Source of the DNA: Eledone cirrhosa
Lineage: Eukaryota
Length of the DNA: 64,000 nt
Direction of reading: 5' to 3'
Assembly: GCA_964016885.1 (NCBI GenBank)
Contig: OZ024745.1
Coordinates: 63,984,001-64,048,000 of the forward strand
A model generated the notes under the pieces. The model was not told the origin of the DNA. It worked only from the letters and a program-made list of their open reading frames with translations, and did no database searches. Shown here piece by piece: positions 1 to 13,439 of the stretch. The stretch's first letter is position 1; each line of letters begins with the position of its first letter. The position numbers and the translations under genes are program-made.

Positions 1-1238
1 TATGTGGTGATCATTGACAGCACAGACCCTCCCTTAACACGAACATCCAAGAAAGAATGGAAGAGAGCAATGACAATTAAAAAAATTAATTACTGATCTC
101 TGTCCTCGATTTCTTTTATACTATGTGTATTCATGGATGCCTTTGCCCTATAAGGTGTTCATAATAGGGAGCATATTACTAAACCGGATGTCTAATAAGA
201 TGTCTATTTAGATTATGCTCTCCGTTCCTTCCAAACACTCCTTTGTGTACAGTACCAATATGTTTATTGAAGTCTTCCATTAGGATATATGACGCAGTCG
301 TAACTACATCCAACGTTGCAGTGACCTCATCAAGGAGGGATCTGTATTCGGGTTCTCTATTTGGCAGATAAAACTGCACCACCCATTTCTTTCAGCCTAA
401 GCTTCAAGTGGCAAATCCATCCTTCCAATAGGAATCCAGTTCATAATACATTCAGGCAGTCAGGGACTTGTGAGTATTCTCCCACTTACCTCTGCCATTG
501 TTTGTGACATCTGAATAGTAGAGTTTCCATCCTCCATCCAAATCCATGGTACCAGAGCCACGGGACTTTGTTAAGGAAACGCCGACTATATCAAGCATGT
601 AGCATTTGCACTCCTCCGCTAGATCCTGCTCCTTACCTGTAAGGGTTGTGATGTTCTAGTTGCTAATTGTTACAATTTGCTCCCTTCTGTACTCACAATG
701 TGATCTCGGGATACGTAATCTTTGTGCGCTAATCCCACGCCTATCAGGATAAGTCGCAGGCCCATCGCTAAATCTCACAGCGTTGGATGGAGACTGCAAT
801 ATATGTTTCGAACAGGCCACGCTAGATAAAAAAAAATAACGCATCCCTTCTGATATCGCACGAAGAAGGATGCAGTATGAATGCTTTTATTGCATCTAAG
901 CATATTACAGTTCTTTATGGTATCATTCACGCTAGTCACCAATTTGGCACTTTTCTTAAACCCGCAAAGATTAGGCTTATTTTGAAGCGGCTTTTACTCT
1001 CCTTGTCGTAGCTATATTACTGGGTTGTTAGCGGTTTCTTGGAAGCTAACAGTATCACCCATTGGTCCATCTCCCCTAGTAATTACCACCATTGTTCTGA
1101 AGTTGCTTATTCGTCCGACAAGCATCCGCTTATATTGCAACTAACCACCCCATCTGGTGACCAGATCATGATTCTCCACCTGCGAACCTTTCTCTAGCAG
1201 AGCAGCTCCATCGAGGAGAATACATAATGGTGTCGCTT
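1..1238 (-). mobile_element. Degenerate RTE-clade (Expander/Rex3-like) LINE, 5' end: 5' UTR plus APE endonuclease relic
   Basis: Minus strand ~660->1 gives NITTLTGKEQDLAEECKCYMLDIVGVSLTKSRGSGTMDLDGGWKLYYS ... ILMEDFNKHIG ... GVFGRNGEHNLN ... NDHHI, matching APE motifs (WNV, GDFNAHVG, SDH) with stops and frameshifts. 5' limit set by the HDV-like fold. Confidence 0.85.
1165..1238 (-). ncRNA. Decayed HDV-like ribozyme at the RTE 5' end
   Basis: Minus strand AAGCGAC-ACC-ATTATGTA-TTC-TCCTCGAT-GGA-GCTGCTC-TG-CTA...TGG-AGAA-TCATGAT follows the order P1, J1/2, P2, P3, L3, P3', P1', P1.1, P4, J4/2, P2'. The catalytic C position reads A and P1 has 2 mismatches. Confidence 0.6.
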
Positions 1239-1527
1239 GTAAATTCAACAAAACGACCTGCAAGGTTATCTTGTCTCTGAATAAGAGATGAATATTTCGA
1301 AGATTTATCATTTTAATAACAATAGATCCCCTCAAACATTCACACATCAAAATACACGTAGTAGACGTCATTTCTTTTATACGATGAGAAGAAAGTGTAC
1401 AATCTTTGAAAGCAACTACTTGTAATGATTACAGATAACCTATGTTAGCCTTTCTGGAAAGAAATGTATTTTGATGTTCAGAATTATATTTTCATATTGA
1501 AATGCATTGATTTCTCACTCCATTCCC

Positions 1528-1620
<93 letters not shown>

Positions 1621-2444
1621 ATATTAATAAATGGAATCTATAAGCTTGTTGAATCCCAACAAATTAAATATAACCTCTGCATATATATATATATATCCCT
1701 CTCACCTACTCTCAGTTTCTCTCTCAATCACGCTCAATCTCTCACACACATAGTCATGTATATATATATATATATATATATATCGGGGGGGGGGGGTATG
1801 TGTGCGTATGTACAACAACAAAAAGTAATGAATGTTTTTAGAAAATTTCTGTCCTCGATAAAACATGCAGCTGAATTAGAATATTTATATAATAATCTAA
1901 GTTGTATCAAATCACTAGTACAAGTCCTGATGCTCAACATATATTTTGATAAATTCCTGTGAGAAATTTTATACCAACTATACAAACATGTATTTCCTCT
2001 AGCCAACTGCTTGCTATTACATAATGGAGCAGTAGAATCAGATGAAACGTGTAATGTTCTGCGTTGGCAAATAGCAATATAAAACGCTCAGTTTCAGCGC
2101 CTTAGCCCTGCCATCACCCGTCGTAATGCTACGAGCGTATTGGCTTGCCTTAAATATTCCGTTGACTCTTGTGATGTGTGGCCGATTCTGACACTTGATA
2201 GTTAACTGAGGGTCGTTTTTTTTTTTTTTCCCCTTTTTTTTTCGGCCTGGTCATATATTTTCATGCGTCTTATTTGAGCTTCCTATCAATAGTTAATTGT
2301 ATTTGTTATGTGTTTATATTTGTGTTCATATTTTCATTCTAAAAGAATTGTGAGCAATTTGTAATGTTATTTATGTATATATTTAAAAGAAATGATTTCC
2401 TCTAACATTTATAAATGTGAAAGACTCACTAAGTAGAATAAATT

Positions 2445-2630
2445 ATTAGCTATGGGGAACGAGAGAAGTTTAACATTTCGTGCAGAACCCTTCATCGAAG
2501 AAAGGTGAGTTGTTTACTAGCTTTGCTAGATAAGTAACTATTTTCTTGCTCCGCTGCCAAATGACTTATAACTCTCTGACTGAAGGTTTGCCTGAAACGT
2601 TAGACTTCTCTACTTCTTCATGTCATAATA
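2445..2630. repeat. Old inverted pair of hammerhead-like PLE-type terminal motifs
   Basis: Minus CTTCGATGAAGGGTTCTGCACGAAATGTTAAACTTCTCT faces plus CTGACTGAAGGTTTGCCTGAAACGTTAGACTTCTCT; related copy at ~43380-43425 (-). Confidence 0.4.
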
Positions 2631-3246
2631 ATTCATTCTCCCGTGTGAATGCTTAGCTAATACCTATTGCTTTTCTCTATTGTCATAATCATCAATCTAG
2701 AATCTTCATTCCACATTCGGAATCTACCAAAATATTGTATAGTGAAATACCTCATAGTAAATTTTCATGTTTGAAAACGTAGTTAGCATTGGTATATCAA
2801 CATATTTAGCTGAAATTGAAAACGTAACTTGTTTGAACACAGTATATAGTTTGTTGTTGCTTTATGAATGAAATGTATAAACTTTCTATGAAATAAACAT
2901 GGACATATATTTCAAATAACCCAACCAATTATTAGATACTTCATGTCTTTGCTAGATAGAGAGTGATTGCAATGTAGATCTAAGCAATGTAAAAAAATAT
3001 TTCTATCGCACAATATATAAAACACCTACCGGTCAAATTCTCATCCAATCGGAAATATATATATCAGTATTACAAAAATGCTCAATAGCAGACACAGTAG
3101 TGAGAGATAGGGTCGAGGAGAAAGCCTAACAGTCCAGAAAGAGTGGGATAATAGGAGCAAGAGAGGCCATGCCACAATCGCATAGTGGTGGAAAAAGAAA
3201 ATGTATTGTTAAAAAATAATATGAAATAGAATTTATTATTATTAAC

Positions 3247-3880
3247 GGCGGTGAAGGGCGATGGATTGGCAGTATCGGTAGAGGTTCGGACACCATGCTT
3301 TGCAGCATAGAGTTACGGCCCTTTATGATCTGAGTTCAAATCCCGCCGAGGTTAACTTTGCCTTTCATCCTTACGGAGTCGATAAAATAAAGTACCAGTC
3401 ACGCATTGGGGTCGATTTAATCGACTTCCCCCTCCCCCAAAATTGCTGGCCTTGTGCCTATATAAGAAACAATTATTAAGGGCGGTGGATTGTCAGTATC
3501 GGTGGAGGGTCGGACGCCATGCTTTGTAGTATAGAGTTACGGCCCTTTACGTTCTGAGTTCAAATCCCACCGAGGTTAACTTTGCCTTTCATATTTACGG
3601 GGTCGATAAAATAAAGTACCAGTAATGCACTGGAATAATTGCTGGCCTTGTGCCAAAAGTAGAAACAATTATTAGAGGGGGGTGGATTGACAGTATAGGC
3701 AGAGCGTCAGACAAGATGCTTTGCAGTATAGAGTTACGGTCTTTTACGGTCTGAGTTAAAATCCTGCCGAGGTTAGCTTTGCCTTTCATGCTAAAATAAA
3801 GCACCAGTAACGTACTAGGGTCAATTTAATCGACATCCCCCCCCCCAAAAAAAAAAAAATTACTGGCCTTGTGCCTATAC
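3247..3880 (+). mobile_element. Three head-to-tail copies of a ~220 bp tRNA-derived SINE (Meta-SINE-like central domain)
   Basis: Units start ~3256, ~3479, ~3674: GGCGGTGGATTGGCAGTATCGGTAG (A box) ... GAGTTCAAATCCC (B box) ... GCCTTTCATCCTTACGGGGTCGATAAAATAAAGTACCAGT ... GAAACAATTATT. Confidence 0.9.
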
Positions 3881-4460
3881 TATCATATTATCATATTCTA
3901 GGATAAACATTTCTTATAACTATTATCTAATATTAAAATAAAATCTACAAATTAAAATAATTTGTTATGCAATGTAAGAACAACAACTGTTAATAAGATT
4001 TATATTTCTTAAGTTGTAGAAATTCGTATATGCTTTTAGAAACGGATGTTGTCTGACGATAAAAAACAAAAGGGTAATAAAATAATTGCATGGATGAAAC
4101 GTTAAAACAACTTATTTTTAAAGAAAATCTCAAAAGCGGAAACAAAACACCAGGAGAAACAGACAGTTATAAAAAAATATTTTAAAAGCACTATAAGCAT
4201 GCAATTTCTTTATTTATATATTTCCTATTTTCTTCCATTCTGTCTTACTCCCCTTGTGAATATTTCTCCTTGTTTTATTTTTCGGTACATTTTATCTTCA
4301 GAAATGCCTTACATATTTTTTAATCTTTAGCTTTTAGTGTTTACGAGCTGCTTGATGAAGAGAAACGTCTATTCATAAATCAATTGATTTATCCCTAACC
4401 TTATAACTATATAACTATATATATATATCTGTACATATATATATTCATATGTTTATATAA

Positions 4461-4492
<32 letters not shown>

Positions 4493-4539
4493 ATAGCGCA
4501 TGTATGTGTTCGTGGTGTGTATACGTGTGTGAGAGTATC

Positions 4540-4571
<32 letters not shown>

Positions 4572-4602
4572 CATGCATACACACACACAAACACACACAC
4601 AA

Positions 4603-4656
<54 letters not shown>

Positions 4657-4666
4657 TCATGCACAT

Positions 4667-4707
<41 letters not shown>

Positions 4708-4989
4708 CATGCACTCACACACACATACATATGTATATTTTTTTTTACAAACATATAAGATAGTGGATAATATAATTATCATCCACAATACCGACAACAA
4801 AAGTTGTTGTTGTTGTTGTTGTTGAGGAGAAAGGGGCAAGGGAGGAGGAAGGAAAGGTGAAAGAGAAGGAGAAGGAGGAAGATGATGATGGTGACTATAT
4901 GAGGATTATGTCGACGATGATAGTGGTGGTAGGGTTACTGCTGTTGGCGATCGTAGTGGTTTAGATGGGGGGTTGGAGTGCTGTTTGTG

Positions 4990-5215
4990 GCATGACGAAA
5001 ATAGCAACAGCAACACTGACGATGAAAACGACTATGTTGATGATGACGACGACGATGATGATGATTATGATGATGGTGATGATGACGACGACGACGACGA
5101 GGATGATGATGATGATGATAAGGATACTGCTGACGACGACGATGATGATGATGATGATGACTACAATACGACGACGCTGATAATATTGATTATGATGATG
5201 ATGATGATGATGTTA
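4990..5215. repeat. (GAT/GAC)n trinucleotide microsatellite
   Basis: Direct reading. Confidence 0.95.
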
Positions 5216-6119
5216 GTGAAGTAGAAAACTATTTAAATGAAAGCTTAAATGAATAAAAATAGGCAAAAGAAAAAAGATAGAAAGCTATAATGAAAACAGT
5301 GCAATGAAAAGATCGTGCATACTGTTCATATTTATGTAGTTTTTAACGTTAGGTGTGGGGAAACGAAGTAGAAAATGTCTAGTTGTGAAAATGTCTTGAT
5401 GGGGGGTGGAGAAAAAAAGAGTTATGGCCTAAGTTGTTTGTTAGAATATTAGTTTGTTTCTGCTTTGTGTGTCAAGGTCTGTATTGTTGTTAAAGTTTTG
5501 TAAACATTAAGATACTATTCATTGTGTCAAGAAAAGAGAAAAAAATAGATATTTTTTCAAACGTCGCTGATGGTGAGAATGTTAGGCATGTCACTATACT
5601 TGCCAAATATCAGGCTCACTCTCCACTGCATTGCCCTCACCCACATTTCTATTTTAAGCCATTTAATTTCAGGATTCGTCTCCCCCCTGCCTTTCTTGAG
5701 CAGAATTAATCGTTATGCAATTGATTAATGATTCTTGTCTTTTTCTTCTCATTATAGGTGTAATTTTAATTGCATTAATTTTGGGGATCACTTCTTTAGT
5801 ATAATAAACTACGAGGAGACACACTAACATTTGTGTTGTCTTCAATGTTTTCGAAATGTATTACCTATTTCGCATTGGCTTATACTTCAAATAACATACG
5901 ATATTCTACACTATCACAAACACAATACAACACCCTCTTAAAAGTGAAGAAATGAGAGCAGTTTGTTTAGAATTTAAAGAGAAATTAGGTGTTAACTCTT
6001 GCGATGGACGATCTGAACGTCCTATGAAAATGTGTTCCTTTTCTATGCAAGAACTGAGAAAACTTTTTTGGTATTCGCTTCGCCGATTTGATAGTACAAC
6101 ATTCCAGCCAAGAGGCTGC

Positions 6120-6155
<36 letters not shown>

Positions 6156-7519
6156 TCGCATTGTATCCGTAGCTAATACATGTAACACCTACACCTGGAA
6201 TCGATCTAGTGCTGGACAGGTAATACTGGGATCCTTCTTCTTCATTCTAAGCTATATCTGCCCGTGAAATAGAACTGCATTTAATTCAACACATTTGAAA
6301 ACATTACCTGCTACAGAAAGTTGCTCTATCTGAAATAAATACCAGCCAATATCAGAATCAAATAGTTATGTCCGAAATTAAACCTCTCAAAGTTGATTCT
6401 CAGAAAAATAGGAAAGTTGTTTTAACATGCATTTGTCTTCTCTCAAGAACTATTCAAGTGTGCTAAAATGAACCAAATATGAAATCGAAAACACGTTTAT
6501 ATCCACTGTATGGTGGACCTTTAAAATGTAACGACTAAACTCTATACAATTTTAAATATTGCAACAGTACTCCAGATTGCGCTTAAATAAAACATTTATT
6601 ACTGTGGATTCGTTGTTTCTTATATATAAATATATATAATTCATTTATATATGTTAGTCGTTAAACTGTTTCTTGTATTCGTAAATATAAACATGCTTGT
6701 CCACATTATTAAAAGTCAACTTATTTATGTGTGTTTGTGTGTGTATTGTGAGCACGCTTGCATGTTTTTGTTTGTTTTCTTTTCTTTGGGCGATTCTGAT
6801 AATAATGATGATCTGGGATATATGTTTCTTTCTGTCTTAACCGTATGTAACTCTCACGTTAATTTATAGCTTGATATTTCGGTTATAACCTTTGCCAGTT
6901 GAGATATATTCCAGTTCTTACACGCATCTCATAGATCACGTGCATTTCGGAAGCATTACATCTGTAAAATGTTTAGAGTATTAAATCATGTGCGGAAGTT
7001 TATTTCTAAAATGATTATATATCCTAGCAATGTTCTTCACTCTCGAGATCCTATTACTTCATGATTTTCAGGGAAAAGTAATAATACAAAAACAGTTATC
7101 ACAGAAGATAGAATTTCAACTGCAAAATAATGTTGTATCACAAATAGTTTAGGCAGTCTTTTACGCATCAGACCCCATGTTATAGTTGTGTAATGTATGT
7201 AGGTTCATTCCACAGTTTAACTTACAGTGAATATACTATGAAACTGAAACTGTTTCCCATTTGTTTCACGAGAGCTGTGTGTTGTAAGTGTGTGTCATGA
7301 AAAAATACATTAATAGATAAACAATAAGGAAACCGCTCCAGTGCACAGACTCAAACTATGAACCCAGAAATCGTTTGATATATAGAAAACCTTTTAATAT
7401 AAAGAAGTATACGGTAATACATCTTGATAGGACAAAACGAAAAGCTTGCAGGTTTCAGTTCTAAACATATAATGAAGTATTATTGAAACCTGCAATAATG
7501 GGTGATAACCAGACATTAT

Positions 7520-7648
7520 TTGGCTCGGCAGTATCGGTAGAGTGTCGGACGCCATGCTTTGACGCATAGAGCTACGGCCCTTGCAATTCTGAGTTCAAAT
7601 CCCGCTGAGGTTATCTTTGCCTTTCATCCTTACGGGATCGATAAAATC
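7520..7648 (+). mobile_element. SINE copy (same family, 3' truncated)
   Basis: GGCAGTATCGGTAGAG...GAGTTCAAATCCCGC...GCCTTTCATCCTTACGGGATCGATAAAAT. Confidence 0.85.
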
Positions 7649-7649
7649 A

Positions 7650-7980
7650 TCGCCTTTTTCCAAAAGGGGGTTCCGGTCCCCAGGGGTCCCCTACTCAATA
7701 TGTGTCAATTCTGAGAGTTCACATTCATCTGTAGGACAAATGCACCCCATGTGTCAAGTTTTGTGAAAATCGGTTGCGAACTCCAGAAGTTATGACGTTG
7801 TGTTGCATTGCACTACAGTGCTTCAGTCGACTCCAAGGAAGTGGTTAAAGGGGGTTATCTTCCAGGAGGCCCTATAATCAATATCTGGAAAAATGAAAGT
7901 GCCCATGACCATCCGGAGTACATAAGTAACCTATGTCTTAAGTTTGGTAAAAATACTGTAGAAATGCATAAGGTTTATGC
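7650..7980. mobile_element. Possible non-autonomous Helitron/Helentron-like repeat fragment
   Basis: Two related subrepeats (ATGTGTCAAGTTTTGTGAAAATCGG and ATGTCTTAAGTTTGGTAAAAAT) typical of such elements; termini not identified. Confidence 0.35.
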
Positions 7981-8621
7981 GTGCGTGCGTGCATATGTGC
8001 GTGCGCGTGTGGGGGGGGGGGTATGTATTTGTGTGTGCGTATGTATGTGTATGTCCGTCTGGGCATACGTATGTACTGGCCTAAATCTTCACTATTTACT
8101 TTTACTTTTAAGAACCTCTGTCATTTTCGTTTTCAATTTTATTTACATCATTATTAAACTCCGGGGCTGGAACTCATTCTGTTATTTTAAATAGAATATT
8201 AGTCTAACGACTCCATTTATACCATAAACTTGGTCTTGTCTTTGCATGAAATTGTTCTTCACGCTCCCCATAACGACGTATTATCCTCGATTTTTTTCCG
8301 TTCATTGCCAGGGAACGTCTTCACGAACCAAAATATCGTCTTCCTGTTTTCCTTCGGTTGCAACGTTTTTCGAAATATTTACTTCTGCGTTCACAGATTG
8401 CTCTCAGTTCAATTTTAATGGGAAATTCCTGTTTCATCGATTTTCTCCGTAAACATTGAAGCTTGTAGCTTGAAAGTCGACCCAACGCCTCCTCGGGCCA
8501 TTCTGCATAAGTCTGGAAATTTTTGCTGCATTCCACCAAGCCGTTTCGACGTTTATCGACTAAACCTACTTACTTAAATATGCAACGTCCGACCACTTCC
8601 AATTTATATAGTAGATATATA

Positions 8622-8662
<41 letters not shown>

Positions 8663-8833
8663 TAAAGTTAGTCCTTCATCAGTGATCTTCCAACCATCAT
8701 TGGTATTTCATCGCTTTAAAGACCATATACCTCCGGTTGGTGCGAGCAACGGCTAAAGAAAGTCGTTGGGACACGTAAAAAAGAGGAACGAGCGAGAGTG
8801 TAAACAAACAAAGATGGTAAAGCAACGAAAAGT

Positions 8834-9100
8834 GAGGAAGAAAGAGTCAAGTCCTAGATTTCCATGAATATAAGTTCGGTGAAATCGTGAACGAGAGAGA
8901 ATAAAGACCATCAAACCTAGTCGAAATGTGAGCAAGGAAGGAATTCCGCACAGGTCAAACGGGAGGAAGAAGGAGTCCAGTCCGTGAAATCGGTGAACAT
9001 AAGTTCTGTGAAATCGTAGACAAGAGAGAAAGGGGGAACCAGCCTGGTCAAGCGTGCGAGAGAAAATAATTACGCACAGGTCAAACGGGAGGAAGTAGGT
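8834..9100. repeat. ~128 bp diverged tandem repeat (2.1 units)
   Basis: GAGGAAG at ~8834, ~8963, ~9089; shared ATAAGTTC.GTGAAATCGT and CGCACAGGTCAAACGGGAGGAAG. Confidence 0.8.
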
Positions 9101-10509
9101 GAGGTAGTAGCAGAGAGTGAGTGAGTGAAGGGTGGGGAAGAGGCTAACAGAATATATATGAATGTATATATGTGTGGGTGTGGGTGTTTGTCTGTCTGTC
9201 TTTCTATCTATCTGTACATAACTCTTTCCTCTCCTCTCTCTCTCTCTCCCCCCCCCCCCCACTCTCTCTCTCCTCTCCTAGTCACTCCCTCCTTCTCTCC
9301 CTTTCTCTCAGTATAGATGTTTGGCTATTGTCTTTAACAGGTGGATACATAAGAGGAATTTTCATATGCATACTGTCCTGGGTACTACAGCTGTTAACTA
9401 TATTTCCATGGGTTATTACATATAACTTTATGTTATACATAATGTTCAGATAAATATGTGTATTTGAAACTCAAATATACATATTTCTGTATGTGAATGC
9501 TTGTGTGTATATGCGCAGGTATGCTTTCGCCGTTTTGCCTCTCTCAAAGATATGAACATCTGCAGCAAAATAGACATGTGGTTTCGAACTAAAAGACTAG
9601 TATTTTTCCCCATATCACTCTTGCTATCATAAATGCATTGAACTAGTGATTGTCCTCTTGGGAAAAATAACCAATCACGATATTATTTACTAAATACGAT
9701 ATAAAATACGTAAACATGAAATTGGCAACATTTATGTTATATGTCATTAATAAGTTATTACCAAATAACCGATTTAGAGTTAACTTTCTTTTGTCTGTCA
9801 TGATTTAAAAACAAAAACATAATTTTTTACATATAATAATTGTTTCTACTTTTAGTAATAATGTTGACATGATTTGTCTCATCATATTTCATCATTGTAT
9901 AATGTCATTTAGTATATACAAATATATCTATTTATAGTTTTGACTCAGTAACATTAATTTTTTTTTATTTGTTCACTAAATTTCATGTTCTGAAAGCTTA
10001 AAATTCATTCAGCGCGGCTTAGGCAAAATCTAAATAAACAGATATTAGTGGAATGACAAAATAGAATGAAAGAATTTGTTAAGTATATAATAAATAGAGA
10101 AAATAATACAGAAAAAAAGAGAAAATAAATCTATGAAAATAAGAGAAAATAGAATTCCGGTATCTAATCTACAAACTTATTACACATTTTAAATGAAATA
10201 ACCTAGTTAAATGTTCTATGATCTTTGACTCTAAATCTAACTTTGCTATAACAGTTAGACTAATTTAGAATTACTTTTCATTTCTCTGGAACCTTGACAT
10301 TTTGTTACCGTAGATTTCCAAAACAATTGCTTATGTATCATAGTCGACCTCTGATTTCTATTCCAAGATATTCAAGAAGAAAATAGAAAAAGAAGAATAA
10401 ATATTTTGAAAACAAAATAAATCTTTCTCAGCTGATCCATTGCCATTAATAGTGTCGCTGCAAGGGATAAGTAAGAACTGTTGATTATAGGGGTCTTAAA
10501 GGTTATAAT

Positions 10510-10512
10510 GTT

Positions 10513-10574
<62 letters not shown>

Positions 10575-10639
10575 GGTGGTGGTGGTGCTAGTGGTAACAG
10601 TAGCAGTAGTAGTAGTAGTGGTGGTGGTGATATTAGTAA

Positions 10640-10673
<34 letters not shown>

Positions 10674-10719
10674 GGTGATAACAGTAGCAGTAGTAGTGGC
10701 GGTGGTGGTGGTGGTGGTT

Positions 10720-10756
<37 letters not shown>

Positions 10757-10769
10757 CAGCAGCAACAGC

Positions 10770-10832
<63 letters not shown>

Positions 10833-10925
10833 GGTAGTGGTAACAGTAGCAGTAGTAGTGGCGGTGGTGGTGATAGTAGTAGTAGTAGTGGTGGTGGTGG
10901 TGGTGGTGGTAGGGGTGGTACTAAA
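10510..10925. repeat. (GTA/GTG/GCA)n compound microsatellite
   Basis: Direct reading. Confidence 0.95.
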
Positions 10926-12024
10926 GGTTGTAGATTATGATGATGGAAAAGTTGATGTTTGATGTTCTTATTGCTTCGTTTTTTTTTTCCAGTTATATTT
11001 GTAGTATTAAGACAGAAAATGGGAGGGAAGTTAAACTCGGGCAATTCTTATTTTAGAAACGGATTGTTGATTTTTTTTCAACCTTGTTCAAAAGGATTGG
11101 CTCATTATAGGTTAAGTTTAAGTGAGTTGCATGTTGATATTAAGTCGTTGGCACTTTAATGTGACAGAGCTTTGGGAATGTCTGTTAAATGCTCCAATCC
11201 TTTAAGAAAATACAATGACATGGTTAATAGAATTGCATATGCTTTAGAATTACAATTCTCAATGGTTCCCATGACATGCTGAAAGGTTAAAATAGATGAG
11301 TCGCATATTCCAATGGGCCGAAGGAGCATCATTTGAAAACTTTATATTCACGTATGGACTGCATGGTATGTGAAATGTATGCAGTCTACTAATGCTCAAG
11401 CGATAATCATAGAATGATTGAAAAATATAAAATATAATTGCTTACTAAATTAACTAATGTTGTTAGGGTTTTATACTTAGCTCTATTTTATGGCTTTAAG
11501 TAATAAAATATTCACCATCGCTTCCACTGTAATTATCTCATGATCTGTTGTTGATTTGAACACATGACTAATGAATAGATAGCCCAATACATATTTCACA
11601 CGTAAAGTCGCTTCTTCACTCACTGAAATATTCAACTATTTGAATTCAGCAATGCGAGCTTAAGAAACACTTATCAGTTATTTCAGTCAGTTACTTCATC
11701 CGCTCATGAGAAATGTTTTCACTTGTTTAGAATGTATCAAATGAGCAATTATCCACGATAGAATAACAGTGGCACAGTCGTGGTATACGGCACTTGTTGG
11801 AGCCTTTTTCCCCTCCAAGCTTAAACACAGCTGATATTTCCGGAGAAAAAGAAAGACAGAGAGAGGGGGAATATGAGAGAGAAACTGAGAAAGAAATATA
11901 GAGGACGAATAGTCTGGACTGATTCTTTTCTATCGACCTTAAAAGGATGAAGGCTAAAGAAAATGTTCGTGAGATTTGAACGCAAAGAGCCGGAAATAAT
12001 ACCACGAATCATTATATACCATTA

Positions 12025-12241
12025 AACTCAAATCATAAAGGGACGTAATGATCTGAGTGTTCAAATCCCGCAAAGTTAACCACGGCGAGATTTGAACTCA
12101 GATCATTACGTCCCTTTATGATCAGAGTTCAAATCCCGCCGAGGTTAACTTTGACTTTCATCCGTACGGGGTCGATAAAATAAAGTACCAGTAACGTACT
12201 GGGATAATTACGGGCCTTATACCAAAAGTAGAAACAATTAT
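12025..12241 (+). mobile_element. SINE copy with a fold-back duplicated 5' part
   Basis: TCATAAAGGGACGTAATGATCTGAGT ... ACTCAGATCATTACGTCCCTTTATGA inverted arms, then normal SINE body to GAAACAATTAT. Confidence 0.8.
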
Positions 12242-12361
12242 ATCCATGCCCTATACTGTTATAAGTAACGAGGAACATACTATACATCAATATTCTATTA
12301 TAATTTTTAAATAACAATAAGCTGATAATGCACTATATAATATGTTACTTATATTACTTTT

Positions 12362-12625
12362 TGGCCAACGACTATTTCCTGAGGAAAGAATCACTGGACA
12401 GAATTTACTGGCAAAACCAACCGGCAGGAGACCCGTGAGCAGACCCCGAGAAAGACGGTTGCATAACATACATGAGCTTGGCTCGTCTCGCTTTGGGATC
12501 CAGCAGGATCAGTTGGAGACGGTTGCTTCTGACAGAACCCTCTGGAAGGAGTGTTTGAGGACTCTGCCCATAGGACCATCTCAGGAATAAGTGGGCAAAG
12601 AAGGATAAGAAGAAGAAGAATGAAA
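12362..12625 (+). mobile_element. RTE (Expander/Rex3-like) LINE 3' end with AAG-rich tail
   Basis: PEERITGQNLLAKPTGRRPVSRPRERRLHNIHELGSSRFGIQQDQLETVASDRTLWKECLRTLP matches the RTE C-terminus (PTGRRPRGRPRTRW...L.EVA.DR..W..LL..LP). Confidence 0.85.
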
Positions 12626-12787
12626 TTGTAATGAAATTGTAGCTATCGTTGTGGTGTCTCAAATCTGGTATGTATTCTATCGATCTGCTTTTGACAAACC
12701 TCTAAGTTATAGGTCATAAACACAGACACAAGTATGAGAGTAGACACGGATGCATGCACACATGCGCAAACACTCACACACACACAC

Positions 12788-12832
<45 letters not shown>

Positions 12833-12837
12833 TATAT

Positions 12838-13100
12838 ATATCTTTGGAACGCGGCGAATTGAAGTAGAACTAGAAGCGTCGCCATAATATTGACTACATA
12901 ATACAGGGGTATATAAACCCCCTAAAAGGGAGAAGATGAGAATCAGCACACATGATAGCGTACTCGTCCGGCAAACGAGGAGTACGTGTTCGTCTCCCAT
13001 GTGCGCTAATAGCCAGCTTTTTCCCCGTTGTTAGGCTATGTTATGTAGTCAATGTTACGGTGACATTTCTATTTCAATTCGCCGCGTTTCAAACATATTT
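12838..13100. mobile_element. MITE-like element with ~60 bp imperfect terminal inverted repeats
   Basis: TTTGGAACGCGGCGAATTGAAGTAGAA...ATTGACTACATAA versus TTATGTAGTCAAT...TTCTATTTCAATTCGCCGCGTTTCAAA; TA runs on both sides. Confidence 0.7.
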
Positions 13101-13396
13101 CTTGTATATATATATATATATATATATAAACGGAAAAAATGAAACGATATTTCATTTCCCACTCTTAGTACGGCTGTTACTTAAATATAAGTATGTACAC
13201 GTACATACATATATGTATACCGACGTACAGTAGTATGTATATATATATATATATATACATGCACACATATATATATGCACGTATGGATTCACCGAACATT
13301 TATTATAATGCTCGGTGTGTTTGTAAACAAACATCCCGTATTAAGCCGTAGTGTCTAGCAACCACCGTTGCTCGTTTGTTCAACACTGACAAAGGA

Positions 13397-13439
13397 ACGC
13401 TGTACTAGTTTCAAGCTTGTTAGCTATCGTCAGCAACGT
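13397..13439 (-). ncRNA. Minimal type I hammerhead ribozyme (family A)
   Basis: Exact reverse complement of the motif at 13843-13885. Confidence 0.85.

Noticed and set aside
4973-5224. Poly-Asp ORF resembling an acidic biomineralisation protein
   Set aside because: Pure GAT/GAC repeat with no signal peptide or supported exon structure.
8170-8600. CpG-containing non-repetitive stretch as a possible exon or transposase
   Set aside because: No recognisable motif in any frame.
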